From: Lingula anatina
Lineage: Eukaryota; Animalia; Brachiopoda
Reading direction: 5' to 3'
Assembly: GCA_051362555.1 (NCBI GenBank)
Contig: CM120640.1
Span: 9,176,001-9,240,000, forward strand
Length of the DNA: 64,000 nt
This document shows positions 1 to 13,914 of this stretch, piece by piece; within the stretch, counting starts at the first letter, position 1, and every line of letters starts with the position of its first letter. The notes under the pieces were generated by a model that saw only the letters and a program-made list of their open reading frames with translations, was not told where the DNA came from and ran no database searches. A program made the position numbers and the translations under genes.

Positions 1-395
1 GCGTATCTACTATTGATTTTCCTATATTGAGCAGCCTGTCTTGTACTTGCCAACTTACTAACCCTAAAAGCACTCCCCTGTCCTTACATAGCTTTGGTTA
101 ATTGTTTCTAATAATTTTTAAAAGCCATGCAGTAAGAATATCCTTGCATTGAAAAATAACTCCAGAGTCCTATGCTCATTTCTCAAAAAAGGTTTCATTC
201 ATCTTTTCCTTGATCAGCTCTTTTGAATAATATATATGTTAAAATGGTGAAATAAAAATCTTAAGCAAAATATAGATTCTCTCTCTGCTACACCACCAGT
301 GATTAAAATGAGAGGTTTGGTTGAGTTTATGGTGTCTTTCCAAGACAGACGAAAAATGGTACATTCCTGCGCAAAGCTTTCACAACACCAGAACA

Positions 396-656
396 CTGGA
401 AAGAAAGAAACTGGATGTTAGTAACCTTGTTTAATTCATATTATATCAAAAACTGACTTCATGAGATTAATCCATGTTTGACATTCAACTAAAAGTACAA
501 GTTTTTAAAAGTTTCCAAGAAATCCCATTTTTCAAGTTGCAAAGCAAAAGAAAGAAGTAACATTAACGAAATCAAAAAGTGTATATTATCAATTTTCAAA
601 TAATTGTTATTTTACATCATTTTCTTTCAGATTTCTTTTTTTCCTGTAAGTCTCAC
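396..656 (-). other. Putative 3'UTR intron of the 4.1 gene
   Basis: Donor AAG|gtgaga 17 nt after the TAA (exon ends 657); acceptor tttctttctttccag| with the next exon starting at 395. Confidence 0.65.
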
Positions 657-673
657 CTTACATCTCCACATCT

Positions 674-1935
674 TTAATCTGCTCCCACCTCCTCAGTGTC
701 AGTCTTTATTTCTATTTTCTGTACTGTTCTATCTTGTGGAAGGTATTCAGATGTTACATTTGCGATAGCCTCAGCCAGCATCTGTGGAAAAACAAAGGGA
801 AAAAGCTATAAAATATAGGAAGATGAAATTATTTAACTGACACCTTTTGTTTTAAAGTTATTTCTCTTTTGCAAGTGAATTATTATAAACAGACAAACTT
901 ACCAAGTTAATCTTTGAGAAAGAACAAATAGGTTTTTAATCTTGGTTTAAGTGAAACAAAGATATCCATTTCCAAACCAAAACAAACACCAGATGGCAGC
1001 AGTTCCCAGAGGGCCATGTTACAATGAAAAGGAAGATACAGTGAGCAGCATCCATTCACCTTATCATGGTCCAGTTCCTCTCCCTCACTGGTGATAGTGA
1101 TCTTCCTCTGGATTGTGGTCTCCACAACACCATCACTCTCTGTTTTGTACTGGAAAACAAGCACAAAAAATACTAAATGTCTTTTTTTTTCTTTTTTCTC
1201 ACAGCAACACTGCTCATCTTGAGCACCATGCAATTATAATTTAGTGAAACCAATTAATTCCACTGGGCTAAATTCAGTATAGAAATAGATTGGGAGGTTA
1301 TCACTTCTTTTTAAAAACATACCCTTCAGCTGCACAACCTAGAAAATGAAAATTGTTTTTTTTTCTGTTATGACACAGGATCAACAACCTCCATGCCACT
1401 GTCACAAATAGATAGACTCCCAATGTGCAGTTTTCTTTCTCAAGGTGTCTTAGACAAGAGGATCAAACTGTGAACACGGAGCAAGAAAATGAGATGAGAG
1501 GATTTCACCATACAATGCAGAAAGAGTTACTTCACCTTGTGTGAGTCATATTTCATTTTCAGTAACCTTGCCAGTTTGAATCTTATGAAGACCACAATGA
1601 AATCTTTCGGATAACCTTTCATATGCTCATTTCCCCCCCCCCAAAAAATACATTCACTTCCTTCTTTTCTCTATTTGTGTATGGTTGGGAATGCTGGGAA
1701 AAAGAAAGATGGCCTCTACATCTCTTACCGTGGTTGTCTCTACTGTCTGACTTCGTGAAGCATGGGACTGAGAGGACACCAGCTCCCCGGGGAGGAGATC
1801 CCTTCCCCCGTCCCCTGAGCTGCTGTAAGTTACTGTACGGCTTTGTGTCTTTACAAGGGGAACATCAGTGGTACTGGTGGTTGTATGCTCAGCATTGGGA
1901 TCATATTTTACTCTTTCAGTTGGCACTGTTGGTGG
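674..1935 (-). CDS. EPB41: 4.1 C-terminal domain exons
   Basis: 1935-1729 [42 protein letters not shown]; 1149-1060 [30 protein letters not shown]; 781-674 [35 protein letters not shown]. Resembles the 4.1 CTD consensus (ETRIEKRIVITGD..DHDQAL.QAI). Confidence 0.9.
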
Positions 1936-4900
1936 CTAGAACAATACATGGATACCACTATATAAGGACTACTCTTCTCAGATAACTGTGTAATCCTATG
2001 TGGTCAGCAACATTATGGGGCTTTTCTTCACACAGAATGGTTATGTTCCATACAGTAAGAAGCCAGAAGCCATAATGCATACTCCTATATAGTTTATTTA
2101 GTGAAAGCCAAAGGTTTGTTAACTAAGCTTTATTTTGTTTTTGCAGAGAATAAAGCCAATAACTTGGAGGCAAGGCAGTTATCTTTACCGCAAATTTCTC
2201 AGATATCAAAAAGCCCTTTAGCAAATAATATGAATCCACTGCGGAATTGAAACCTCAGTATTCGAAATTCAAGTCAATTCATAAATTATCTAAGGTGGAA
2301 GGAAAAGGAATTGGATAGCAGTGCACAGAAATAGAGAGGGAGAGGCAGGCTGTCTGACAGTCACAAACACAACGTGGCATGCATCTTGTAACACAAGGAA
2401 TATAGCTACCAAAACTAGAAGAGAAGGACTGGAGGCTTAGTAGGAAGATACATGCAGCAGACTTGAAAAAGACCCTACAGGAGTTCCAATTTAAAGGGGA
2501 TTCTGTGAATCATATAAAACTTGTGAACAAACTAAGCAATTGCAACAGCAAAAAAATCACACCAGACATTAAAAAAATACAACAGTTTGCAATTTTAATA
2601 TTAAACTTTAATAAACTAAATTAACTGTCATACTACATTTAACAGGGAAACATGAAATAAAAATAAAATGAGAAACAAATATATGCCACAGGAAACTTAG
2701 GGACTAGGAAACTTATAAATGTGAAATACCACTGTGAATTCATGTACAGCTGCAACTTGAAGACCTTGGATTGAAAGAGCTTGACTGATGTTAAATATAA
2801 CTGAATTTGACATTTCCACTACTGGATTATAGAGTAACAGGGTGTGTACACCCTTCCCTTTGTTGAAAACTATCATCCCCTCTTAAAATAAATAAACAAA
2901 TAAATAAAAGATAAAAAAATGCATCAATAACATACCATGCTGCTGTCATCGCCAGTTGTCATGACCACAGTAGTGGTGGTTTTCTTGTAGCCATGGTGAT
3001 CCTCCTGGCTCTCACCACCTGGCCCACCAGCACCATGGAAGAAAGCCATCTTACCAGCACCTTCACCAGCCTGAAGGAGGGCAAATTCAGAAAATATCTT
3101 AACAAACTTTTCTCAGGTACATATCTTCTTAGCAAAAGGCTGAAGCTTAGCAGACATACAAAAGGCCTTTTGAAACAAATAACTGAATTGGAAACCTTGA
3201 TGAGTTATTTGAATGTAAAAGAGAGGGAGTTTCCAAAAAATTCTATTTGTTTCAAATGCCAAAAGAAAATTCCACATTGAAGAAGCAGAATCCCTGCCAG
3301 ACGACAGCAGTGTTAAACACATCTAAGTCTGAAAGGAAAGAATGACAATTAACATTGAGGCAAACAGTTAATGGCTGTGGGTGCTCCCCTTTCCCTGCCA
3401 CTTATAGTTTTAGTGCTCAGTTTTAGTAGTCTCAATTCACCATATGCAGAACTAATCATTAGCATGCATGCAGTAAGTTATATTTCTACCTCTAGTTATA
3501 CCTGTAGCATTAAAAACAGTAAAAGAACTTTAACCAAATATGTTCATAATAAATTAATAAATGTATTCCTACTTCACAAACAGAATTATTTACAAAGATA
3601 TACTGAAAAATAATTACTTTCATTCATTCCTACTATAACCAGACATGAATCCTTAAACCACAATTTCCATTAAATTTCATCATGTAGTAACTAATACAAG
3701 TATCATAAATAGCAAGCAAATGAAAAATTTAGAATCAGTGCCCTGGCTAATTAATTAACCATTTCCCAGTGTTAAAAAGAGTTCCTGCCACCACCAAATG
3801 CATCAAACTAAACCACACAGTGTGCTGCTAAACATAGGCATCTCCTGCACAAGACAAAATTATTTCAGCAACATGTGTAAACTAAAAGTAGAAGCAACGT
3901 GTGGTAATGTTGAATAGAAAAAACCTTCTCATCTGGTGATGGGGAAGTGGCAATTGATGACGCCGACGTTTCAGAGCCAACACTGATGACCTTATGGCGA
4001 GGACTTTCCTCAATCTGTCAAACAAACATACCTCTAGGTGTCAGTTGTATTACTACCAAACATATGCCATGGTCTAACTGAACTATATTGCAATATATAC
4101 ATATATGAATATTCTTATAAAAATTAAAAACAATCTTCTACTAATACATCAGAAAATACAATAAATTCTACACAGTTGTCAAAAAAGTGACAAAAATTCT
4201 AAACACTATTATTGATTAAACAACAAATATACTATAATATGAATTTGTAAAAGCAGACTTGCAAAGCTGGTGTCAATATGAAGAGAATCTGCAGCCAATA
4301 GAGTTTTGACTTACTTTCCATAAACAGCAAGCAATTAAAAAAAAAGCCATAACTAAATACACACAGCAAAAATATAACAATGATACTTATACACAGACAT
4401 TGAAAAGAAAGCTCAACACATCATTCCAAACCAGCCTCAAATTGCATGGCTGAGTCTGCAGATGAAACTGCATCATGGCATACCCTGTGTATAGAGTTGA
4501 AAGTATGGCATCAAAATTTCATGTTTGTCCGTTTAATTGGGGCCAAAAACTCTTTCCAGAGACTGATTAAAAGTGGACATTTCAAAATGTGTGATTCTTG
4601 TGTCCACAGTTAAAACAGATAGTGCTTATGTGTTGGTCTGCCCATATTGCTCCTTTAAATGTTGTTCTGGACGAAAGACTCAGAGAAGTCATACAAAGCA
4701 CAAAGACAAATGCAAAATGTACTTAATCATTATGAAATTAAATACAAGTACATGCAACTGGTCATGGTCCCAGTAAAAAAGATCTGATGGACAAAAGGAA
4801 AAATTAAATGCATAAATATAAATCAACAGATATCATGATCATTCCTTAGCAGAAATAAAAACATTCAAGTCATTTTTATAGTACATAGAGAGGTATGGAT

Positions 4901-7900
4901 ACAGATGGTAAAGTTTCCGGAGAGTACAAGTGTGTGTAAAGGCATACTGAGGCAGCGAGACAGCTGAAATCAACAGAGAAATATGAAAAATAAAAAATTA
5001 TAATAAAAACAGGCACAAAGAGAAGAAATGGCACAGGGGTGAAGGGCAATAGAAGAGGGGGATATATGGACATGTTCCAAAGTAGGCGACAACATTTAAA
5101 AACACCGAACTACACACCGCCGTGGTCGTGGTGGTCTCAGTGTACATTTCAGCGGTCACATAACTCTCGGTGGTGATGGAGTCTTGCTGCGCGTGGAGAT
5201 CATCTACCCCCTCGACCAGATTATTACTGGCCACATCAAGCTGGATAGAATTCTCAGAACTAGAGCGACTACTTCCAGAGGAGGAAGAATTAGTGGCTGA
5301 GGTGCCATGTGCTGGGGAAGTAGTGGTAGTAGTGGTGATCAGAATCTGTAATGAGAACCAAAGATGCCACACCACAATAAAAACAAGTGCAGCAGCCAGC
5401 TGTGGAATAATAGAGAGAGGAATACTGAGTGTGTGTGGAGATTAAAACAAGTCATTCAAATATGACAAAGAGAGAATGAGAAGATAGAAAACAAAACAAA
5501 CTGGGTGCCACCTGAAATGAAACATATCTTGAAGAAGCAAAATGCTGATCAAAATAAAGAAGAGATATGACATCTTGGTAAAATGGCTGAACAGTATGAA
5601 GAACAACTCCCTGCCATTTTCATACACATTGTGATGAATTGGAGTGCATTTGAGAAATTCCAGACTCATCTGCTTAGATGACCTTAATCTGCATACCCAA
5701 ACACCACCCTGACGCTGAAATAGTACTGACACCTTGTAATATAAAACAAGACCGATATATACTGAAACGTGCTGCTTTCTTTCCTGCTCCCCCCAGCCAC
5801 GGCAGTGTATCACAACAGTATGTACACAACATAAACCACCTGACCTACAACTAAGGAGATATACATGTTTATTAGACAAAACTAAGACAGTGCTAATTAC
5901 AAAGTGGCACTATTCTAGCAAGCCTACTCTACTCACCACCACCTAGGAAAAGAAATCAACGTGAGTACGGAAAGTGAATGGGACTGACAAAGCTGTTTCT
6001 ATAGTGACACAAAGAAGTAAATTGGCCTTTTTCTAGTCACGGAATCATAATTTCAAATTTGTGATTTCACCTGAGAAAAGTTTTATCAAGTCCCTTGTGA
6101 AAATGATTAAATGATAGTAATAACCAAAAGAACCCAGAGAGAAAAAAAGTGGAAGAAAATGGTGTATAAGTAGAGGTTTCAAAGAAAGAATATTCACCCT
6201 TTTCTTCTCCAGGTGTTCTGTTGATGGGTCATAACGGTCATCATCATCATCACCTTCCCCTTGTCCTCCCTGGAAAGTGAACAAACACAGTCTGATGACT
6301 ACCATACATGCCATCCCTATGAAGTCAGCGGATTCCAGGCAAGTATTAAATGGATTTATTACTACTAGGAATAGACTGATAAAGTAGACTTTGCTATGTT
6401 TTAAAACATAAAAGAAAGACAAAAGCAGAAACCACTGAAAATCATAAATGGTACCGCCACCTCAAAATTAAAGCCATGTACTGCTGATAATTAATTTGTT
6501 ATATATTAAAACATTCTACATAAAAATATCACTGAAAGCACCACCACCTCAGACCAGTCAAAAAGAACCAATATTCACTAACCCCCCTCTAATCTAACCA
6601 AGAACTAAAAGCACATGTTCATAAAATAATAATAATGTATACAGTATAAATGAATAAACTTCAGCTAAAATTTCAAATCTCCACTCAGGCAACCACACCC
6701 TAAAAAATTATGAAGAAGAACTAAATGTTAGTCAGTGTAATAGTTTTGAAAACCTCTGCTGAGTCCAGCAGCCTGACAATATAGTGCTACAGGTTGGACC
6801 AAGTCATGGAGCACTATGGTCAAAGTAAATGATCTAACCAGAAAGGCTGCAGGTTGCTGTGCTAGGGAAATCTATCCAGAATGGCAAGTACTGCTACAAG
6901 GACAATACTCATAATAATGGAGACAGTCCTACTTATGTGCACTACAATGGATGCACACCGTATGTCAAGCAGGCAACCTCTGCTTCTATAAAAAGAAATA
7001 ATGTTAAACTAAAAGAAAAAACACCCCAGAGAAGTTAAACAGAGGGAAGAAAAGAGGGAAGAAAAGAGGGAAGAAAAGAGGGTTAGGTTGATATATCGAG
7101 TAGTTCAGTAAAAAATCTCAATAACATATAATGAGTCCCCAAGCAAGCACCTCTTGTCGTCTCTTGAGCTCTTGGATTAAGTCTCTGTTCTGTCTGTCTG
7201 GCTGTTGACCAGGATAATGATAGCCATCTGGATGACCACCCTGAAAATGGCACCTTGGCTAGTCCATCAAGTGGTTAGAAATAAGCATTATACAGCATTC
7301 AGAACTAAACATTAGTTTTTTTTTTAGTTAAGGCAGTTTTAGAAAGTCAAGACGAGGCGAATAAAAGAAAAAAAAATATGGCAAATGTATTGACAAATCA
7401 TCAGTAATTGATAAGAGACTTACAAGAAGGTTATAATGCTGTTGATTTTAACTGTTTATTGATGGCAATAAATTTGGTACATTCTACAAATTAAGGCCAG
7501 AGTTTTTCTACACAATCTCAATCTAACTACATTAAACACCATGTAATTTGAATCAAATTTGATCAACTTTTAATATTTATGAACATCATCATGAACTTAT
7601 AACAAACTTCACTAAAGTTGTTAGGTCACCCTGTTAATAAAACCAAAATCAAATGAATGTTAGTATGTAAGAATAGAAATATAAAACATCAGAATGCAAA
7701 CCTTTCTTCTCATCTCCAAGGTGTCCTGGTTTTCATAGCCTGGTCCATAGCGACTGTCATAGCCATACTGGAATTACAATTGATTTCAAACAATTAACTT
7801 TAACCCAAATGATACCTTTTCTTTATTTTTTTCCAATTTTCTTTTTTCTGAAATACTACTGACTGACTATAGAGAACTATACTAAAAGATATTTGGATTG

Positions 7901-10900
7901 TCACATCTATGTCGTATGGGCTAAAGATAAAGTATGTGGACCATAAAATCAATCAAAATCATTTAAGAAGTGAAATATGTTGAATATAATTGTAAGTATA
8001 TAAAAAGTGTTCATCATAAGTGAAGTAATATATCTGTTTGTTATATATATACACATATATGATATATACATAAGGACCCATGCTTATATATATGTCAATA
8101 GTAGTAAACTTGCACAAGCTGTGAATAATACACCAAAAAGCAATGCATTAGTTCCAAGGGAAATTCTGTGGTATGTTACATTATTTCAACACTCAAAAAC
8201 AAAACAGCAAATCTGCTTTGGAAGTCCAACATGTCAGCTCCAATATTCCATGCAATAAAATGTAAAACCTGAAATTTGCAAAGGACAAGAAGTTTCAAGA
8301 AACTTACTTTTGTATCTCGAATAGTTGATTGGCCCACAAAAAAGTAAATATATTGAAAAGTAATGAATACTTACTTAACATTAATCTTTCTAAAAATTAT
8401 ATTTGTTATTAATAAAACGCAACAAGAATATAGATACAAAATTCCAACAGGGATTCGAGATAAAAAAGTCCCATCTTTTCTCCTTTCCCACATTCTGCCT
8501 AAGCATATTTACATGGAAATTGGGCAAGGAATAGTTAGCTATCAGAGCAGGTGAGGTGAAAGTCCTAGATAATAAACAGATGCATAAATATATAAATATG
8601 CATATATACACATAGGGTTAGCATCCCAGCAGAAAGCTGTGAGATGATATGTATTTTATAAGTAAAGACAGTGAATATATATATTTGTGAATATCGTTCA
8701 AGAAGTATTCCTTGCCCAACTTAAATTGGATATTCATATATGTCTCCCTAGGAAATATATATATATATACATATGCTTCTAAGTTTTCATATATCAATCA
8801 CAGATATTCATATAGAATGCAAAAAGGGATGTGCGCTACTATAGGGGGCACTAGTATGATACCACAATTAATAGACAATCAGATAATGCAAAGGCAAGCC
8901 CCACCACCTATCTCTACTCTGATAGTAGCGCCACCTTTATCTTTGCATCCTCGTCATCCAGGTCCTCCCCCATTGCTTTGGGAGTGGTCGGAGGGATGGA
9001 GTCCCCTCGCTTGTAATATGCAACACCATCCTGACTGAGGTTGACACCCTACAAATTCAAGAACCATGCAGTATGTTAACTCAACAAACCAAGGCATTAA
9101 AATAAATTTAAAAAAAGAACACACAACACAACAAAACACAATACATATATATGACAAGTCATGATCAGCAAATGTCAAACCCTATATAAAAACCCAGCAG
9201 CACCTTCTGAACAGTTCAACTTCTAAACTGCTAAAACAAAACAAACTGATGAAAAACGCATGCCATGCTGAAAAAATGCAAAATACTTTAGTCATCAGGG
9301 GTTGAGTGACATTACTTTTGGAAGACCTTCACATGGAGCAAGTCCACGGAAGAAATCTTCCAAAGTCAGTGTAGTAAACACACCACTGTTAAGTCAAAGC
9401 CAAAAATAGTTTCATGATACGAGCACAAAGTATAGTTCTAAAGCTGATATCAAGATACATTTTCCAGTGCACTGACAAAACAGTGGTCAATGGGGGCACT
9501 CTGATGATTGAAAAATGCGTAAATCACTGCTGCAAGCGTCAAGACGTCATCCATATTGTGCTGCTACACACGGAGCCAGCATGCAATGCTGCACACCTGC
9601 GGAGTGGCATCTAAAGAGTCTGATCCAGGGGTTCCTGGGGAGCCGGTGCCAGACCCAGGCGATCGCGGTGGCACGCTGCTTAAACCAGCAGCACGTAGGG
9701 GGGTGCTAGTGTAATAGTCTCTAATGGGTGCACCACCTCCACCCCCTTCCCCTTTGCGTGTAAGGGTGGAGGTTTTGGGGCCCTACATGAAGCAATGTAG
9801 AAGTATATATCATTATTGCTGCCTACTGTGCATCATTGGCACTATTATAACAGCTAATCCCATTACAAATAAGAGATTCCTCCTCAACAATAAGCACACA
9901 ATTTTAGGAGAAAGGATCTCTTCTTTGCAATAAGATTGTCTCATGTGGTATTAGTTTCTGCATGCTTTTCTTACGTTTTTGCTGCACATTTTGCCACTGA
10001 GAAAAATCTATATTATTTATTTCACAACATTTCTTTTTTTACAGAAAACTGAACATATAAACACTAAACAGACATGTCTTACGCAAAAAGAAAATAAATT
10101 ATCATGCACATTAATTTTTTTTAGACATGTCTAATATAAATGATAAATTTGTAATCCAACATGCATAATTTAGATACAAGTTTTGAACAAACAAGTACAC
10201 TTTTACAGAATTCAATTTGCCAGTGGGCTCTAAGTAATTCATACTTCAGATAATCTACACCAAACTGATTGGGTGCAATCAACTGAGTACATGAATATAA
10301 ACAGCAGCATGCAGAAAACAGTGAAAAGTCACCGTAGTTTTCAGTTCCACATGGTCAGTGTATGCCTGGCCTCCTGGTGGGTGGTAACCTGGTGCCCCCA
10401 GCTAGAATAAAATCAAGAGCCAGATACTGGGTTAGTTCTTATATTTGATAAGGAGGAGCCCTCCTTGAACATGGACAGACGTAAGCTACACCATGCATTT
10501 GTTGAGGTAGCAGTCACTAAGAATGGGATCATGGCATGCAGTGGTATCTTCAGGTATGTATGACCAGCCATTAAATTTCACTGACTCAGTCTGTGGCAGC
10601 AACCCTGAGAATACATAGTGTGATTAGTTTGATGACTCAATACAGTGCAGCCTATGAGATGTTATGTTTTTTTTTTCTGCTGGTCTCCACGGCAGCTCAT
10701 GTATAGCATTACAACATTCTGAAAGCTATAAACATGTCAGGTTAGTAATACTATATGTTCAGCAGTACATTTATGTAATCATCTAAATACAAACTCTCAT
10801 CACAGTCAGGCAACAAAGAAGGCAACTGGCAGCATGGTAAGATGCAAATAAATCTGGGATATATCTCTATTAGCATCTATTTGACAGGCTATAAAAAGGC

Positions 10901-13852
10901 TGGGCAAGTGAAAAAAAAAGTGGATACAGTGCAATTAAGCCAGGTTTGTGATGGGCAATCTCCCCTAAACCAAAATAAAAATGTATTTTGACTTCAAGGT
11001 GATAAATAAAGGAGACATTGAAATTATGATAATAGAAATAGTGCAAGAACAATTAAAGGGTCGCGCATTTGTGTTTGCCCTGTAAGCATATCAAAGCTAA
11101 CCAACAACCAGCAAGCAGTGAATTATCGTGCAATACACATTAATTTAGAAAAAAAAAAAGACAATTGAAAGTTATGCACCTGCATCTGCTAAGCATGCAA
11201 TTAAAGGAAAAAGGCTTTTAGCAACCATATTGCAATGTACCATTAACCATAACTATAACCATGCGTTAAGAGCTTTTAACAATATGTATGCAGATAAACT
11301 ATCAAGTAATTTTAGATTGAAGAAAAAAAGTTTTTGAGAGTTTATGGCAAATGAGAGTAAAAAATGCTGCTAATGCTCAGAATAATCACACATTCAAGCA
11401 CAGTTAGTCATTCACATCAGTCAAATAAATATTCAACACAGTAAAATAACGATCAAACTAAGTAAATATTAGCATGTAAATGGGAACATTTAGTCACAAA
11501 ACTCAACACACATTAGTTAAAGTAACAAAGACTGAGAATTCACTTCAAAAATAAGTGTTAAATGCACCACAACACCAAAATTGCCTTAGATTAATCATAA
11601 AACATTAATATTGTCATTACTTATGTTAATATGCTATAACTTATGCAAGTCAATTAATATGTTACCAGGCAACCACAACTGCTCTGGGACACTGAAGGCA
11701 TTTGTGCATGAAATTGAGCATGCTAAAAACAAGGGCAGCTTTGAGCTAATCAATTATCTTTAAGAACTCAAAAACAAGTTTTGGTAAGGAAATATTACAA
11801 GGCACTATGTCAAAAAGGATTAATTTTTTTATAAGGGAAAAAAAATCACAATTCAGTGGTGTGCAATTCAATTCCAAATGCTCTTCAGGTGGTGCATGTG
11901 ATTTTGTTTCTCAAAACTTGGGTATGTAAAAATAACTCAAAAGAAAACTCAAATGAAACTGAAAGATAGTATGTAGCAACCTGCTGATGTGCCAGATCTT
12001 TTGTTGTCAAGACATAATATTCTTTCTTAGTATCAGCCGAGCCAGGTGGGAGTTTGTATTGGGGAAGGTTAGAGTCTGGTGTCTGCATACGCTCATCTTC
12101 CTGTGCAGCAGCACGAGCCTAAGTAAATCAAATATAGGCGGCATACACAACATGCATTAGTCACTTGTTCCAAACAAAACTAAAAAAAAAAATAATAATA
12201 ATAATGATAAACAAATAAAAAATTGAAAAAAAAAATGCAAGTCATACAAAGATTAAAACTGAAAGCCAACTCTATTAACACAAGATGCATATTAATGGAG
12301 CCACTCCTAATGCTCAACGCTAGTACAAATGGTCCAAAAAAAAAAAACTTTTAAGATTCAAATTATGAATCTACCACAGATATGGGGACTAACCTGAACA
12401 CAACACATAATTTCCTTAACAAATGTTAAGAGTAAAGTACTGTATGACACTATTCATACCAAACAACTAGGTAAAAGGCATAATTAGTTTTGGACAGATT
12501 TGCTTTTAAGGAGGTCTCTGAATAACTAGTTTAAAAAGAGCCATGCATCTGTAGCCATTCAAAAACTTTTTTAAAACTAGATGTTTTTTACAAAAGAAAA
12601 ACATAGAGAAAAGACTGTTACAACTCAGATACAACAATGAAACTGAAAGGGACAAAAAAAAAAAAAAAAACTCATGAACTGACCATTTAAGTAAAACAGT
12701 GATATACAAACATTTTCTTCGTGATCAAGAATAATTAACAAAATGCCAATACAATAACACCAATACATATCAATGGTAATTACCTCTTCCCCAGGTCTCA
12801 GACGTCCTCCCTGTCCAGCTTCATCCTCTGCCAAGGAAGGTGTACGTGCGTTGGCACGATCTGGATGGCCATAGCCAATAGCTGTACAAAAAACAGGGAT
12901 GTTTGTTTCATGGGATCCATAATTTAATACATTGTGTATCTTATTCATTTAAACCATCTTGAGATTTTAATGATGAAAATACATTAAACAGTACACAGTT
13001 GCACTCAATTACACCAATGTGAAGTTAATACTATTTTCTACTTCAGTCTTTCAAAGGAAAGCTGTCATCTGCAAAATCAATATCATGTTTTTTTATCATT
13101 ACACGTTTCTTGCACAACCACAAAAAAGTTCCAAAATTATGTTGATAGTAATTAGTGGTGACAACTTTAACAAAAGCTTCAAAAGAAAGGAGAACAATAA
13201 AAATCAAGCAAACAAAAAGAAAACTTTCATTTTTTCACTTTTCATTATTTTTTATAAAATAGGCAGTAAGCAAAGACTGTTTACTGGATGACTGCAAAAA
13301 GCTTTAACAAAATCACAAGGGAAATCTTTGAAAGAAAGGAATATGATATCATTTTTTAAATCCAGTTTAAAGTGGAGGTTCAAATTAAATTAAAAACAGA
13401 TTATCAGATCAATCTGAGGAAATTGTTAGTAATGTCACATCAAAGAAAGAGAAAGAAAAGGAATGTAAACCTAAGCCTTTCACATCAAACATATATTAAC
13501 ACAAGACATAAAACTATGCCAGTTATATGCCTTGAAAAAAATCTCAAAGCCATCTCATAACAGTAAACTAGCTATTTTCTTCATGAACACTGCAAAAGAA
13601 AAACCAAATTGCTCTAAATCTGAAAATTGGTTGGAGACAAAATAACACTTCTGGGATGAACAAGGGTACAACATATCATGCACTGTATGATCTCTTCTCA
13701 CAGTTCTTCAAAAAGAACTCTATAATGACTAATAACAGATGCCAACTGACTGTTTCTTCTAAACAGGGAACCATCCTAATGGGAAAAAAATTATCCATGC
13801 ACCACCAAAAGACAAATTGTGTGCATTTGGCACAACAGCTGTAGATGTTCCA

Positions 13853-13914
<62 letters not shown>

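Noticed and set aside
8302-8345. Perfect donor AAAA|gtaagt preceded by an in-frame 27-nt segment (GQSTIRDTK)
   Set aside because: It would need a non-canonical TG acceptor; no frame-preserving AG was found.
1623-9933. Plus-strand ORFs (1623-1985, 2993-3280, 5170-5445, 8712-9038, 9515-9933)
   Set aside because: Antisense shadows of GC-richer minus-strand 4.1 exons.
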